Assembly: GCA_963771355.1 (NCBI GenBank)
Contig: CAVYTA010000008.1
Location: 64,001-128,000, forward strand
Source: an uncultured Candidatus Rokubacteria bacterium
GTDB taxonomy: Bacteria; Methylomirabilota; Methylomirabilia; Rokubacteriales; CSP1-6
DNA: 64,000 nt
Reading direction: 5' to 3'
Part shown: one piece after another, positions 9,590 through 21,731 of the stretch
How the letters are laid out: each line of letters starts with the position of its first letter
Numbering within the stretch: position 1 is the stretch's first letter
Notes under the pieces: model-generated
What the model was told of the DNA's origin: nothing
Databases searched by the model: none
What the model saw: the letters and a program-made list of their open reading frames with translations, nothing else
Position numbers and translations under genes: made by a program

Positions 9590-10699
9590 TCAGCGCAAGG
9601 GGGTCAGGCCGACAGGGTCCGGTCCCACACCTCGAGGAGCCGTCGCATTGGCGGCCGCGGTGCCGATGGTGATCCGGAGGTGACCCGGGAAGCCCACGCC
9701 CGCGCCGTCCCGCACGAGGATGCCCGTCTTGAGAAGGGCCTGACGGAGGATGGGCGCGCGCGCGTCCACCTTGACGAGGAGGAAGTTCGCCTGCGACGGC
9801 GGCACGATGGAGCCGCGCTTCCGGAGCGCCGCCGCCAGCCGCGGCCGCTCGGTGAGAATGTGGGCGCGGGTGCGGTCGAGGTGGGCGTGGTCTTCCAGCG
9901 CCGCGACCGCCGCCACCTGGGCGAGCCGGTTGACATTGTAGGGCGCACGCACCCGGTTGAGCCGGTCGATGACCTCGGGCTGCGCGATCGCGTACCCGAT
10001 CCGCAGGCCGGCCAGCCCCGCGATCTTCGAGAAGGTGCGGAGCGAGATCACGAACGGGAACTCGCGCGCGAGCGCTACGCCGTCGGGGGTCTCCGGATCG
10101 TCGCAGAAGTCCCGGTAGGCCTCGTCCACCACCACCAGCGGGGCGTCCGCGCCGAGGGACTCGATGAAGCGGCGCAGCGGTCCCTTCGCCACGATGGTCG
10201 ACGCCGGGTTGTGGGGGGTGCAGATGAACACCGCCTTGGTCCGCGCCGTCACCCGCGCGCGCATGTCGTCGAGGTCGGTCTCGTAGTTGCGCAGGGGACT
10301 CGCCACCACGTCCGCGCCGGACAGGAGTGCCTCGGTGCTGTAGGGCTCGAAGGAGGGATGCGGCACCACCACCTCGTCACCGGGGCCGAACGCCGCGCGC
10401 CCCAGGAAGCCGATCAGCTCGTCGGCACCATTGCCCACCACGAGCCAGCCCGGGTCCACCCCGATCCACTCGGCCAGCGCGGCCCGCACCCTCTGCGATG
10501 CGCCGTCCGGGTACAGATGCACGCGCTCCGCCTCGCGGCGAAGGCTCTCCGCCACCTTGGGGGAGGGCCCCAGGGGATTCTCATTGGCCGAGAGTCGGAT
10601 CACGGATGAGAGGCCCAGCTCCTGCTCCACCTGCTCCAGCGATGGGCCGGCCTCATAGGGGGTGACCTTGTCGAGCGTCTCGCGCCAGATCTTTCGCAT
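9590..10699 (-). CDS. hisC: Histidinol-phosphate aminotransferase (likely 1-nt frameshift near 9645; true stop probably 9604)
   Basis: LSANENPLGPS, GNGADE, VVDEAY and RTFSKIAGLAGLRIGY motifs; the expected C-terminal helix RLLEVWDRTLSA lies in another frame. Confidence 0.9.
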   Translation of the reverse strand: MRKIWRETLDKVTPYEAGPSLEQVEQELGLSSVIRLSANENPLGPSPKVAESLRREAERVHLYPDGASQRVRAALAEWIGVDPGWLVVGNGADELIGFLGRAAFGPGDEVVVPHPSFEPYSTEALLSGADVVASPLRNYETDLDDMRARVTARTKAVFICTPHNPASTIVAKGPLRRFIESLGADAPLVVVDEAYRDFCDDPETPDGVALAREFPFVISLRTFSKIAGLAGLRIGYAIAQPEVIDRLNRVRAPYNVNRLAQVAAVAALEDHAHLDRTRAHILTERPRLAAALRKRGSIVPPSQANFLLVKVDARAPILRQALLKTGILVRDGAGVGFPGHLRITIGTAAANATAPRGVGPDPVGLTPLR

Positions 10700-10778
10700 G
10701 GCGGGGGCCATTGTAACGCGCGCGGGCAAGTCCGCGTCAGATTTGACAGGATCGGCTCCCGCCATGTAACGTCTCGTC

Positions 10779-13478
10779 ATGTCAGCCGAGTTGTTCCAGC
10801 AGCTCCGCCGCGTCGAGGCCCAGGCCGAGAAGGGCTTCGAAGGTAAGCCGGCGGAACGCGCGGAGCGCCGGCGCCGGCTCCGCCTCGAGCTGCTCCGCCA
10901 GCACCTCACCTCCAACGTGGACTTTCTCCGCGCTGCCCACCTGGGAGGCGCCTCCGGCCAGCAATCCGTCCAGGCGTATGCCGCCTTCATGGACACCTTC
11001 CTCGCCACCCTCTATCGCCTGGCGGCGGAGGACGCGCGCCGGGAGGGCCTCACCCCCGCCCTCATGGTCCTGGTGGCGCTCGGCGGGTATGGTCGCGGCG
11101 AGCTCCATCCGCTGTCCGACCTGGACCTCATGGTGATCTTCGATGGCGAGATGGGGCCCTATGTCCAGCGGGCGACCCAGGGGCTCCTCTACACGCTGTG
11201 GGACCTGGGGCTCCAGGTGGGCCATGCGGTGCGGAGCCTGCCCGACTGCGTGGCCATGGCGCGGACGGACTTCGCCAGCCGGACCTCCATGCAGCAGGCG
11301 CGGTATCTCATCGGCGACCGGCGGCTCTTCAACCGCTTCCGGAAGGTCCTGGCCGAGAACGTCTACCGGAAGGACTTCGCCCAGTTCCTGGAGACCACGC
11401 TGGCCGAGCGGGACCAGCGCTACCGGAAGTTCGGCGGCTCCCCCTACATGGGCGAGCCCAACGTGAAAGAGTCGGCGGGAGGCCTCCGGGACATCCACAC
11501 CGCCATGTGGCTGGCCTCCACCAAGTTCGGGACGCGCACCCTGCGCGAGCTGGCCGACAAGCGGCTCATCACCGACCGCGAGCGGGCGTCCACGGACGCC
11601 GCGCTGACCTTCCTCTGGCGAGTGCGCAACGAGCTGCACTTCCTGTCCGGCCACAAGAACGACGTGCTCTCGCGCGACATCCAGCCCCAGATCGCGAAGA
11701 ACTTCGGCTACGTGGCCGACGACGTCTCCCTGGCGGTGGAGAAGTTCATGCGGGACTACTATCTCCACGCGCGGGTGATTCACCGCATGTCCCGGCGCCT
11801 CATCGCCCGCTGCCGGGAGACGCTCTCGCGTCCCACCCCGGTGCAGCGCCGTCTCCGCCAGGAGGCGCTCGCCGACGGGCTCTTCGTGCTGGACGGCTCG
11901 CTGCACCTGGTGCACGCGGACGGGCGCGCCTTCCGCGAGGACCCCACGCGGCTCATGAAGGTGTTCTGGCACTCGCACCAGCTGGGCTTCGATCTCGGCA
12001 TCGACGTGGAGCGCGCCATCGAGGAGTCACTCGACCTGGTGGACGAGACCTTCCAGCGCTCGCCCGAGGTGCGCGACCTCTTCCTCGCCATCTGCCGCAA
12101 CTGGGGCCGCACCGCGCAGACCCTGCGGGAGCTGCACGAGCTGGGGGTGCTGGGCCGCTATCTCCCGGAGTGGGGCGCGCTCACCTGCCTCGTGCAGTAC
12201 GACGTCTACCACCGCTTCACCGCCGATCAGCACTCGCTGCTCGCGGTGGAGAACCTGGAGGCGCTGGCCCCCGGCCCGTCGGCGGAGGCGGAGGGGATCG
12301 CGGCGGTGCTCAACGAGGTGGCGCGCCCGGACCTCCTGATGATGGGCATGCTGCTGCACGACATCGGCAAGGGGAAGGGCCATGGCCACGTGGCCAAGGG
12401 CATCCCCCTCATCGAGGAGCTGACCGCGCGCATCGGACTGCCGCCCGAGGACGCAGCGGCGGTGATCCTCCTGGTGGCGCATCACCTCACGCTGTCGCAC
12501 ATCGCCCAGCGGCGCGACATCCACGATCCCAAGACGGTGGACTCTCTCGCCGGGGTGGTGGGTGACCCCGAGCGGCTGCGCATGCTCTATCTCCTCACCT
12601 TCGCCGACATGCGCGCGGTGGGGCCGGGCGTGATGACGGGCTGGATGGCGCGCATCCTGTGGGAGGTGTACACCCGCACGCTGATCTCGCTCACCGGCGG
12701 CAAGCTCGAGCGCCCCAGCCGCGAGACGGTGGCCGAGCGGGTGGCGGAGGAGGCCGGCGGGTCACGCCGCGCCGCCGTCGCTCACCTCGCCATGATGTCC
12801 GAGCGCTATCTCACCACCACCTCCGCCCAGCGCATCGCCGCCCACCTCCGCCTCGTCGAGCGGCTGGAGGAGGACGTGGTGGCGACCGAGCTCTTCCACC
12901 ATCCCGATCTCGGGTCCGCCGAGCTGGTGATCGTGACCAAGGACGTGCCGGGCCTCTTCGCCCTCATCGCCGGCACGCTGGCCGCCGAGGGCATCAATAT
13001 CCTGTCCGCCCAGATCCACACGCGCGCCGACGGCATCGCGCTCGATACCTTCCAGGTCAACGATCCCTTCGGGGAGGCGGTGACCGAGGATGCCCGCTGG
13101 CGGCGGACGCTGGCCGCGCTGCGCCGCGTCCTCCGGAGCGAGCAGACGGTGGAGGAGCTGCTGGCCGCGCGCCGCAGCGGCCGGCCCGCCGCCGAGACGG
13201 TGGCGGGCCCGCCCAAGATCTCGGTGGACAACCAGCTCTCCGACACGCACACCGTGGTGGAGGTGAAGTGTCCCGACCGCGTGGGGCTTCTCTACCTCAT
13301 CACGCGGACCTTCCAGTCGCTCGGCCTCGACATCGGCAGCGCCCGCATCGCCACCGAGATCGAGCAGGCATACGACACCTTCTACGTGACGGACCGGCAG
13401 GGCCGGCGCGTCGAGGATCCTCCCCAGATGGACCGGCTCCGCGATGCCCTCGAAGATGCTCTCCTCAAGCCGCTATAA
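10779..13478 (+). CDS. glnD: [Protein-PII] uridylyltransferase
   Basis: ALGGYGRGELHPLSDLDL nucleotidyltransferase motif, EPNVKESAGGLRD, HD domain (LLHDIGKG) and two ACT domains. Confidence 0.96.
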   Translation: MSAELFQQLRRVEAQAEKGFEGKPAERAERRRRLRLELLRQHLTSNVDFLRAAHLGGASGQQSVQAYAAFMDTFLATLYRLAAEDARREGLTPALMVLVALGGYGRGELHPLSDLDLMVIFDGEMGPYVQRATQGLLYTLWDLGLQVGHAVRSLPDCVAMARTDFASRTSMQQARYLIGDRRLFNRFRKVLAENVYRKDFAQFLETTLAERDQRYRKFGGSPYMGEPNVKESAGGLRDIHTAMWLASTKFGTRTLRELADKRLITDRERASTDAALTFLWRVRNELHFLSGHKNDVLSRDIQPQIAKNFGYVADDVSLAVEKFMRDYYLHARVIHRMSRRLIARCRETLSRPTPVQRRLRQEALADGLFVLDGSLHLVHADGRAFREDPTRLMKVFWHSHQLGFDLGIDVERAIEESLDLVDETFQRSPEVRDLFLAICRNWGRTAQTLRELHELGVLGRYLPEWGALTCLVQYDVYHRFTADQHSLLAVENLEALAPGPSAEAEGIAAVLNEVARPDLLMMGMLLHDIGKGKGHGHVAKGIPLIEELTARIGLPPEDAAAVILLVAHHLTLSHIAQRRDIHDPKTVDSLAGVVGDPERLRMLYLLTFADMRAVGPGVMTGWMARILWEVYTRTLISLTGGKLERPSRETVAERVAEEAGGSRRAAVAHLAMMSERYLTTTSAQRIAAHLRLVERLEEDVVATELFHHPDLGSAELVIVTKDVPGLFALIAGTLAAEGINILSAQIHTRADGIALDTFQVNDPFGEAVTEDARWRRTLAALRRVLRSEQTVEELLAARRSGRPAAETVAGPPKISVDNQLSDTHTVVEVKCPDRVGLLYLITRTFQSLGLDIGSARIATEIEQAYDTFYVTDRQGRRVEDPPQMDRLRDALEDALLKPL

Positions 13479-14061
13479 GGCCCCCGTGCAGCGCGCCGCC
13501 GATCCCATCGCGCGGCTGCTGCTCCGCGCCCGGGTGCGGCCCAATCACCTCACGGTGGCGGGCCTGGGCGTGTCCTGCCTCGCCGCCTGGGCCTTCGCCG
13601 ACGGGCGGCTCCGCACCGGCGCCGCGCTCCTCACCGTGGCCGGGCTCCTCGACCTCTTCGACGGATCCCTGGCACGTCTGTCGGGTCAGGACTCCGATTT
13701 CGGCGCCTTCCTGGACTCGGTGGTGGACCGTTACTCGGACCTCGTGGTCCTGCTGGGGCTCATCGTATATTGCCAACGTATCGGTGAGTGGACGCTCTGC
13801 CTGTTCACCATGGCCACCCTGGTGGGCACGGTGATGGTCTCCTATACCAAGGCCCGCGCCCAGTCCATCGGCATCTCCTGCGAGATCGGGCTCATGGAGC
13901 GGCCGGAGCGTCTCATCGTCCTCATCGCCGGCGCCACCTTCAACCTCATGACCCCCACCATGGCGCTGCTGGCGCTCCTCACCCACCTCACCGCCCTGCA
14001 GCGCATCTTCTACACGCGCCGCGTCGCGCGAGGCATGGAGCGGCCGGGCGCGTTCCGGTAG
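13456..14061 (+). CDS. CDP-alcohol phosphatidyltransferase family protein
   Basis: DLFDGSLAR...GAFLDSVVDRYSD signature. Confidence 0.92.
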   Translation: MLSSSRYKAPVQRAADPIARLLLRARVRPNHLTVAGLGVSCLAAWAFADGRLRTGAALLTVAGLLDLFDGSLARLSGQDSDFGAFLDSVVDRYSDLVVLLGLIVYCQRIGEWTLCLFTMATLVGTVMVSYTKARAQSIGISCEIGLMERPERLIVLIAGATFNLMTPTMALLALLTHLTALQRIFYTRRVARGMERPGAFR

Positions 14062-14070
14062 ACTCAGAGC

Positions 14071-16143
14071 ATGTGGCGTCGCGGGGTCCTGGCGCTCGTC
14101 GTCCTCACGGTGACCTCGGTGGCCCTGGCCTCCCAGGGCGCGGCCCCTCTTCTGCCGGGACTCACGCAGGGTGATGTCATCGCCCTGGCGCTGGTCACCC
14201 AGCGCGGCGGCGATCTGACCACCGCCGCGCGGCTCTACGGCGAAGCCGCCGCCATGGCCGGCCCCATTCCCGAGTACGCGCTGCACCTCCAGGCCGATGC
14301 GCTCGCGCGGCTCCAGGATCCCGCGGCACCCCGCGTGGCGACCCTGGCGGTCGAGCAGGCCGGCTCGGGTCCGCTACTGCCCGCCGCGCTCCTGCTCGCC
14401 GCCCGGGAGTCCGCGCGGGTGGGCGACCAGGTCGGCGCCATCGGCTTCTACCGCCGCTTCCTGGACCGTTATCCCGAGCACGGAGACAGCCCGGCCGCGC
14501 GCTTCGGCCTGGCCGCCGCGCTCGAGTCCACCGGCGAAGGCGAGGAGGCGCTGCGGCTCTTCCGCGGCATCTGGATCACCGCGCCGCTCTCGTCGTTTGC
14601 CCCGGTGGCGCGCGACCGCGAACGCGACCTGACAGACCGCGGGGTGCCGGCGCCGTCCCTCACCCCGCGCGAGCGTGTCGATCGAGTGGAACGGCTCCTG
14701 GCTGGAGGCCAGGCCACCCAGGCCCGGATCGAGGCGGACGTGCTCGTCGCCGAGGGCATCAGCGGTGATCCGCTGCTCCGCGCCCTCCGCGTGGCCGCGG
14801 AGGCCTCGCGCCGGCTCGGCAAGTCCGACGAGGCGCTCCGCGCGGTGGATCGCGCGCTCCTCGTCGTGTCGGGCGAGCGCCGCGCCACCTGGCTTCTCGA
14901 GCGCGCGCGACTGCAGCAGGCCCGGAGCCCCCAGTCGGCCATCGTCACACTGGACCGGCTGGTGCGCGAGCATCCCAAGAGCAGCGAGGCGAGCGACGCC
15001 CTGCTTCTCCGCGCGCAGCTCCTGGAGGCGCAGGCCCAGCCGGTGGAGGCGGAGGCCACCTATGCGCGCCTGGCGGTGGGGTACGGGGACGACGACGACG
15101 CGGGGCGCGCCCTCTGGCGTCTCGGGTGGCTGGCGTGGTTCCGGCGGGACTACGAGGGGGCCAAGGCCAAGTGGACCCAGCTCATGAATCTGCCCGGCGG
15201 CCAGGCCTTTCGCGACAACGCGATCTACTGGATCGGCCGGGCCCACGAGGAGCGCGGCGAGCTGGACCTGGCCACGCGCCAATGGACGGAGAGCGTCGGC
15301 CGAGAGCCGCGCGGGTACTTCGGCATCCTCGCCACCGCCCGGCTCCAGCGGCGCGGCGCCGCGGTGCCCATCGCGCGCGAGCTGAAAACGCCCATCACGC
15401 TGCCCGCGGACGTGCTGGAGCCCCTCCGCCAGGAGCCGCGCTACGCCAAGGCCACCGCGCTGCGCGCGGCCGGGCTCGGCGCCTGGGCGGACGGCGAGCT
15501 GGACGAGGTGGCGCGCCGCTCGGCCGGCGAGATGGCGCGCCTGTACGCGCTGTCCACCCTCTTCGCCCAGGACGCGCGCCACCACCTCTCGCTCCGCATC
15601 CTCCGCCGCGAGTTTCTCCCGCTGGCGCGCGCGGGCTACGCGTGGCTCCCGCGCCCCTTCTGGGACATGTTCTATCCACTGGGCTGGCGCGCGGAGATCG
15701 CGAGCGCCGCGCTGAAGGGCGCGGTGGACCCGCTCCTGGTCTCGGCAGTAGTGCGCGAGGAGTCGTCCTACAACCCGCTCGTGCGCTCCCGTGTGGGCGC
15801 GCGCGGCCTCATGCAGCTCATGCCCGACACCGCGCGGCCGCTGGCCCGCGCGCGGGGCATGGATTTCCGGGACGGCGACCTCCTCGACGATCCCGCCGCC
15901 AACGTGGAGCTGGGCGCGGCCTATCTGGGCTGGCTCGTCCGCGAGTTCGGCGAGGCCCGGCTGGCGGTGGCCGCCTACAATGCCGGGCCTAACCGGGTGA
16001 AGGAGTGGTGGGCGGCGCGCAAGTCCGACGACCTCGAGGTGTGGGTGGAGCAGATCCCCTACAACGAGACGCGCAACTTCGTCCGGCGCGTGTCGGTGGG
16101 CTACGAGGAATACCGCCGCCTCTACGCGAGCCACGAGCAGTGA
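14071..16143 (+). CDS. slt: Soluble lytic transglycosylase with TPR-like repeats
   Basis: Signal peptide; REES, GARGLMQLMP, AAYNAG and ETRNFV motifs. Confidence 0.92.
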   Translation: MWRRGVLALVVLTVTSVALASQGAAPLLPGLTQGDVIALALVTQRGGDLTTAARLYGEAAAMAGPIPEYALHLQADALARLQDPAAPRVATLAVEQAGSGPLLPAALLLAARESARVGDQVGAIGFYRRFLDRYPEHGDSPAARFGLAAALESTGEGEEALRLFRGIWITAPLSSFAPVARDRERDLTDRGVPAPSLTPRERVDRVERLLAGGQATQARIEADVLVAEGISGDPLLRALRVAAEASRRLGKSDEALRAVDRALLVVSGERRATWLLERARLQQARSPQSAIVTLDRLVREHPKSSEASDALLLRAQLLEAQAQPVEAEATYARLAVGYGDDDDAGRALWRLGWLAWFRRDYEGAKAKWTQLMNLPGGQAFRDNAIYWIGRAHEERGELDLATRQWTESVGREPRGYFGILATARLQRRGAAVPIARELKTPITLPADVLEPLRQEPRYAKATALRAAGLGAWADGELDEVARRSAGEMARLYALSTLFAQDARHHLSLRILRREFLPLARAGYAWLPRPFWDMFYPLGWRAEIASAALKGAVDPLLVSAVVREESSYNPLVRSRVGARGLMQLMPDTARPLARARGMDFRDGDLLDDPAANVELGAAYLGWLVREFGEARLAVAAYNAGPNRVKEWWAARKSDDLEVWVEQIPYNETRNFVRRVSVGYEEYRRLYASHEQ

Positions 16144-16577
16144 CCGACCCGCGCGCGGGGCTCTTCCGGTGCCTCGCCGCCGGGCTCCTCGATGGCGCGC
16201 TCGGTGTCGTCCTCTGGAGCCTGGCCGCCATGTGGCTGGTGCTGGGCGTGTGGGCCGTGCGCGGGCTGCCGCGGGAGACGCCCACCCTGTTGCTGCTCTG
16301 CGCGGGCGTGCTCGGTCTCGGCGTGGGTCTCCACCTCATCTACAACGTGGTGGTGCTGGGCGGCTGCGGCCAGACGGTGGGTCGCATGGCGCTGGGGATC
16401 GCGGTGGTGCGCCGCGACGGGGCACCCCCCGGCTATGCCCGCGCTCTGCTCCGTTCCCTGGGCAATCTCGTCACCGTCCTGACCCTGGGGCTGGCCGCCC
16501 TCGTCGCGCTCTTCAATCGTGAAGGACGAGATCTGGCCGACTTGCTCTCCGGGACCCGCGTCGTCCGGCGGCCTTGA
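16140..16577 (+). CDS. RDD family membrane protein
   Basis: GQTVGRMALGIAVV and DLLSGTRVV motifs; GTGA overlap with the slt stop. Confidence 0.85.
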   Translation: MTDPRAGLFRCLAAGLLDGALGVVLWSLAAMWLVLGVWAVRGLPRETPTLLLLCAGVLGLGVGLHLIYNVVVLGGCGQTVGRMALGIAVVRRDGAPPGYARALLRSLGNLVTVLTLGLAALVALFNREGRDLADLLSGTRVVRRP

Positions 16578-16687
16578 CGCGCGGCCGGGCGGCGAGAGTT
16601 GACAACCCGGTGACAGGCCCCCAGGGGTAGGCGCCCTGGTAGACTGGTGCCGTCGGTAGCAGCTCAAGCGACCAGGGAGGCTCGGGA

Positions 16688-17665
<978 letters not shown>

Positions 17666-17671
17666 GCCCAC

Positions 17672-18295
17672 GTGACGCGGCGCGGGCGGATCGCGCTCAA
17701 GGTCGCCGCGTGGGCGGTATGCGTGACGCCGCTCGCCTGGCTGGGCTATTGCGCCGCCACCGGCGATCTCACCGCCAATCCCATCAGCTTCGTCACCAAC
17801 ACGCTCGGCGACTGGACCTTCCGCATCCTGCTCGCGAGCCTGGCCGCCACCCCGCTCCGCATCCTCACCGGGTGGTCCTGGCCGATCACGCTCCGGCGAC
17901 TCCTCGGCCTCTGGGCCTTCGCCTACGCGCTGCTGCACTTCTCGGTGTGGGTGGTGCTGGACCACTTCTTCGACTGGGGGGCGCTCGGCGCGGACATCGT
18001 GAAGCGGCCCTACATCACGGTGGGGATGGCGGCGCTGGTGCTGCTGGTGCCGCTGGCGGTCACGTCGACCACCGGCATGATCAAGCGACTGGGAGGTCGC
18101 GCCTGGCGGCGGCTGCACGCCCTCGTCTACCTGGTCGGGGTGCTGGCCGCGCTCCACTATCTCTGGCTGGCGAAGAAGGTGAACACGGCGCCGCGGTGGT
18201 ACGCGGCCATTCTCATCGTGCTGCTGGGGATACGGCTGGTGGACTGGGCCCGCCGCCGCCTGGCGGGGCAGCGGCGGGCCGTTCCCGCGGGCTAG
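17672..18295 (+). CDS. msrQ: Protein-methionine-sulfoxide reductase heme-binding subunit
   Basis: RRLLGLWAFAYALLH and WRRLHALVY motifs; adjacent to msrP. Confidence 0.94.
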   Translation: MTRRGRIALKVAAWAVCVTPLAWLGYCAATGDLTANPISFVTNTLGDWTFRILLASLAATPLRILTGWSWPITLRRLLGLWAFAYALLHFSVWVVLDHFFDWGALGADIVKRPYITVGMAALVLLVPLAVTSTTGMIKRLGGRAWRRLHALVYLVGVLAALHYLWLAKKVNTAPRWYAAILIVLLGIRLVDWARRRLAGQRRAVPAG

Positions 18296-18924
18296 CTGGG
18301 CTTGGACGTGGGGCTCATCTCCACTTCCTTGACCCGGAGCTTCCAGATGAGGTCCTGGTAGGAGGAGGTGGCGAGGGCCCGGTCGAAGTACTCCCGGTAG
18401 CCCTCCACCAAGCTCCGCCGGTCCACCAGGACGTCGTGGACGCGCCAGCGGTTATTGCCCGAGGGGACCAGGTGATACTCCACCCGCACCTGACCCTGCC
18501 GCTCCAGCGCCAGGGTGGTCCGCACGGTGGCGCGGGCGGCGCTCACCGTCTCCCCCGTGTAGGTGATGCGCTTGCCCGTCTTGAGGGTACGCAGCCAGAC
18601 GCGTGACAGCATGCCGGTGAACAGCCGGACGAATTCGTCGCGCTCCCCCGCGCTCCGGGCCACCCAGTGCCGGCCCAGGCTCTTCTTGGCCATCTCCCGG
18701 AGGTCGAAGAAACCCTGGGCGGTGCGGGCCAGGTCGCCGGCCGACGGCGCGGTGTCCGAACGCCCGCGGCCGGCGCGCTCGCCCAGGATGTCCTCGACCG
18801 CCTTCTGGACCATCTCCATGGGCGAGTTTCGTCGCACCTCCAGGACGACCTTGGCGGGCCGGCTCAGCGTGAAGATGGGCGTGAGGAGAACGGCGCGAGT
18901 CAGAGCGGCGATGCCTCGGCTCAT
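18292..18924 (-). CDS. MlaC/Ttg2D family phospholipid-binding protein
   Basis: FDLREMAKKSLGRHW, EFVRLF and WRVHDVLVD...SLV..YR motifs; GGAGGT RBS. Confidence 0.8.
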   Translation of the reverse strand: MSRGIAALTRAVLLTPIFTLSRPAKVVLEVRRNSPMEMVQKAVEDILGERAGRGRSDTAPSAGDLARTAQGFFDLREMAKKSLGRHWVARSAGERDEFVRLFTGMLSRVWLRTLKTGKRITYTGETVSAARATVRTTLALERQGQVRVEYHLVPSGNNRWRVHDVLVDRRSLVEGYREYFDRALATSSYQDLIWKLRVKEVEMSPTSKPS

Positions 18925-19090
18925 GGCGAAAAGACCTCCCCGATCGAGATGGCTGCTCCTACTGGCGGGCGCCTTGCAGCGCCTCGCGTCATCAATGCCG
19001 GGCTACGGGTTACCCATCGCCGCGGCTGTCGTCGTTTCGGGTCGGTCGGCTGGGTGCTGCGTCAGGTGCTGCTGTGACGCTCAGATGAAA

Positions 19091-19106
19091 AGCAACCCAG
19101 GTGCCA
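19091..19106 (-). promoter_or_regulatory. sigma54 (-24/-12) promoter for the MlaC-like gene
   Basis: Minus strand TGGCAC-CTGGG-TTGCT matches the TGGCAC-N5-TTGC consensus. Confidence 0.7.
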
Positions 19107-19366
19107 GTAGGCTAGAGGGCGAGAGTATCAACAAGATCAATAGGATGGCCCGAGATCTTCCGAGCCCGACCTGACCGCGGCCCTCATTTCGTCAGGACGG
19201 GGACGTCACCCCGCGCATTTTCAACGTGTGACGAGGGTGACGCTGTGTTCGCTGGATTGGCGCCCGTCTAGAGGCTTTCGGCGGGCCAAGTCTTCGAATA
19301 TACTCACCCACCAATCCCCGTTTCCAGATCCTGAACCGCGACGAGAGCGAGAGCGAGGCGGCACTG

Positions 19367-20125
<759 letters not shown>

Positions 20126-20126
20126 C

Positions 20127-20840
20127 GTGGGCGCCATCCTCGAGGTCGAGAAGCTGGAAGCCTTCTACGGGCGCACGCAGGCTCTCCACGGCGTGAGCTT
20201 CGCGATGGAGGAAGGCGGGATCACCACCGTGCTCGGAGCCAACGGCGCGGGCAAGACCACCACCCTGCGCGCGATCTCCGCCATGGTGAAGACCCGGGGC
20301 TCCATCCGCTTCGGCGGCAAGCCCATCGAGGCCAAGGCCACCGAGCAGATCGTGGCCATGGGCATCGCGCACGTGCCGGAGGCACGCGGCACCTTCGTAG
20401 ACCTCACCGTGGAGGAGAATCTCCGCATCGGCATGTACGCGCGGCGTGACAAGCGCCACGCCGCGCGCGACATGGAGCGCGTGCTCGAGCTCTTCCCGAT
20501 CCTCCGCCAGCGGCGACGGCAGCTCGCCGGCACGCTCTCCGGCGGGGAGCAGCAGATGCTCGCGGTGGCGCGGGCGCTGATGCTGGGGCCGCGCCTCTTG
20601 CTGCTCGACGAGCCGTCGCTCGGGCTGGCGCCCCTGGTGGTCCGGGAGATCTTCCGCATCCTCCGCGCCATCAACCAGGAGTCGGGGGTCAGCATCCTGC
20701 TCGTGGAGCAGAACGCCTCGCTCGCCCTCGACCTCGCCGACCACGTGTTCCTGCTCGAGACCGGCCGCGTGGTGCTGTCCGGCACCTCGGACGTCCTCAA
20801 GAAGGACGACGCCATCCGCCGGTCCTATCTCGGATACTGA
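20127..20840 (+). CDS. livF: Branched-chain amino acid ABC transporter ATP-binding protein (LivF-like)
   Basis: GANGAGKTT, LSGGEQQML and DEPSLGLAP motifs. Confidence 0.92.
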   Translation: MGAILEVEKLEAFYGRTQALHGVSFAMEEGGITTVLGANGAGKTTTLRAISAMVKTRGSIRFGGKPIEAKATEQIVAMGIAHVPEARGTFVDLTVEENLRIGMYARRDKRHAARDMERVLELFPILRQRRRQLAGTLSGGEQQMLAVARALMLGPRLLLLDEPSLGLAPLVVREIFRILRAINQESGVSILLVEQNASLALDLADHVFLLETGRVVLSGTSDVLKKDDAIRRSYLGY

Positions 20841-20847
20841 GGAGCGC

Positions 20848-21729
20848 ATGGACATTTTCGTTCAGCAGGTGATGTCCGGACTCGCCACCGGGGGAATCTA
20901 CGCGAGCCTGGCGCTGGCGCTGGTGATGATCTACCAGGCCACCGACGTGGTGAACTTCGCCCAGGGCGAGATGGCCATGTTCGCGACCTATCTCGCGTGG
21001 TCGATGCTCAACGCGGGAATGCCCTACTGGGGCGCCTTCCTGGCCACCCTCGCCATTGCCTTCGTGGGCGGCGTGGTCATCCAGCGCGTGATCATCCGGC
21101 CCGTCGAGAACAAGCCCATCCTCACCATCGTGATCGTGACGCTCGGCCTCCTCGTGATCTGCAACAGTGTGGCCGGCTGGGTCTGGACGTATCTCCAGAA
21201 GCCCTTTCCCAGTCCCTTCCCCCGCGAGCCCGTCCGGATGGGGAACATCGTGTTCGGCGCGCACGACCTAGGTGAGATCGCCGTCACCCTGGTGATGCTG
21301 GGCCTGCTCTTCGCGTTCTTCCGCTTCACGCCGCTCGGGTTGGCCATGCGCGCGGCCGCGCAAAACCCCGTGTCGAGCCGGCTCGCCGGGATCCGCGTGA
21401 GCTGGATGCTCGCGCTGGGCTGGGGGCTGGCCGCCACCTTCGGCGCGGTGGCCGGGCTCATGGTGGCGCCCATCCTCACCCTGGACCCCAACATGATGGG
21501 AGGCATCCAGATCTATGCCTTCGCGGCGGCCACCCTGGGCGGCTTCACGAGCCCGCTGGGCGCGGTGGTGGGCGGCTTCATGGTCGGGATCGTCGAGAAC
21601 CTCGTGGGCACCTACGTGTCCTTCATCGGCACCGAGCTCAAGCTCACGGTGGCCCTGGCCATGATCATCGTCGTGCTGCTGGTCAAGCCGAGCGGGCTCT
21701 TCGGTCGGACCGCGGCGCGCCGAGTCTAG
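20848..21729 (+). CDS. livH: Branched-chain amino acid ABC transporter permease (LivH-like)
   Basis: VNFAQGE and GLAMRAAAQN motifs. Confidence 0.9.
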   Translation: MDIFVQQVMSGLATGGIYASLALALVMIYQATDVVNFAQGEMAMFATYLAWSMLNAGMPYWGAFLATLAIAFVGGVVIQRVIIRPVENKPILTIVIVTLGLLVICNSVAGWVWTYLQKPFPSPFPREPVRMGNIVFGAHDLGEIAVTLVMLGLLFAFFRFTPLGLAMRAAAQNPVSSRLAGIRVSWMLALGWGLAATFGAVAGLMVAPILTLDPNMMGGIQIYAFAAATLGGFTSPLGAVVGGFMVGIVENLVGTYVSFIGTELKLTVALAMIIVVLLVKPSGLFGRTAARRV

Positions 21730-21731
21730 CG

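Noticed and set aside
8285..10609. 774-aa plus-strand ORF and many other long alternative ORFs (e.g. 37560..39680, 14374..16134, 49262..51148)
   Set aside because: Off-frame or antisense shadows of well-supported genes, expected in high-GC DNA; no recognisable motifs
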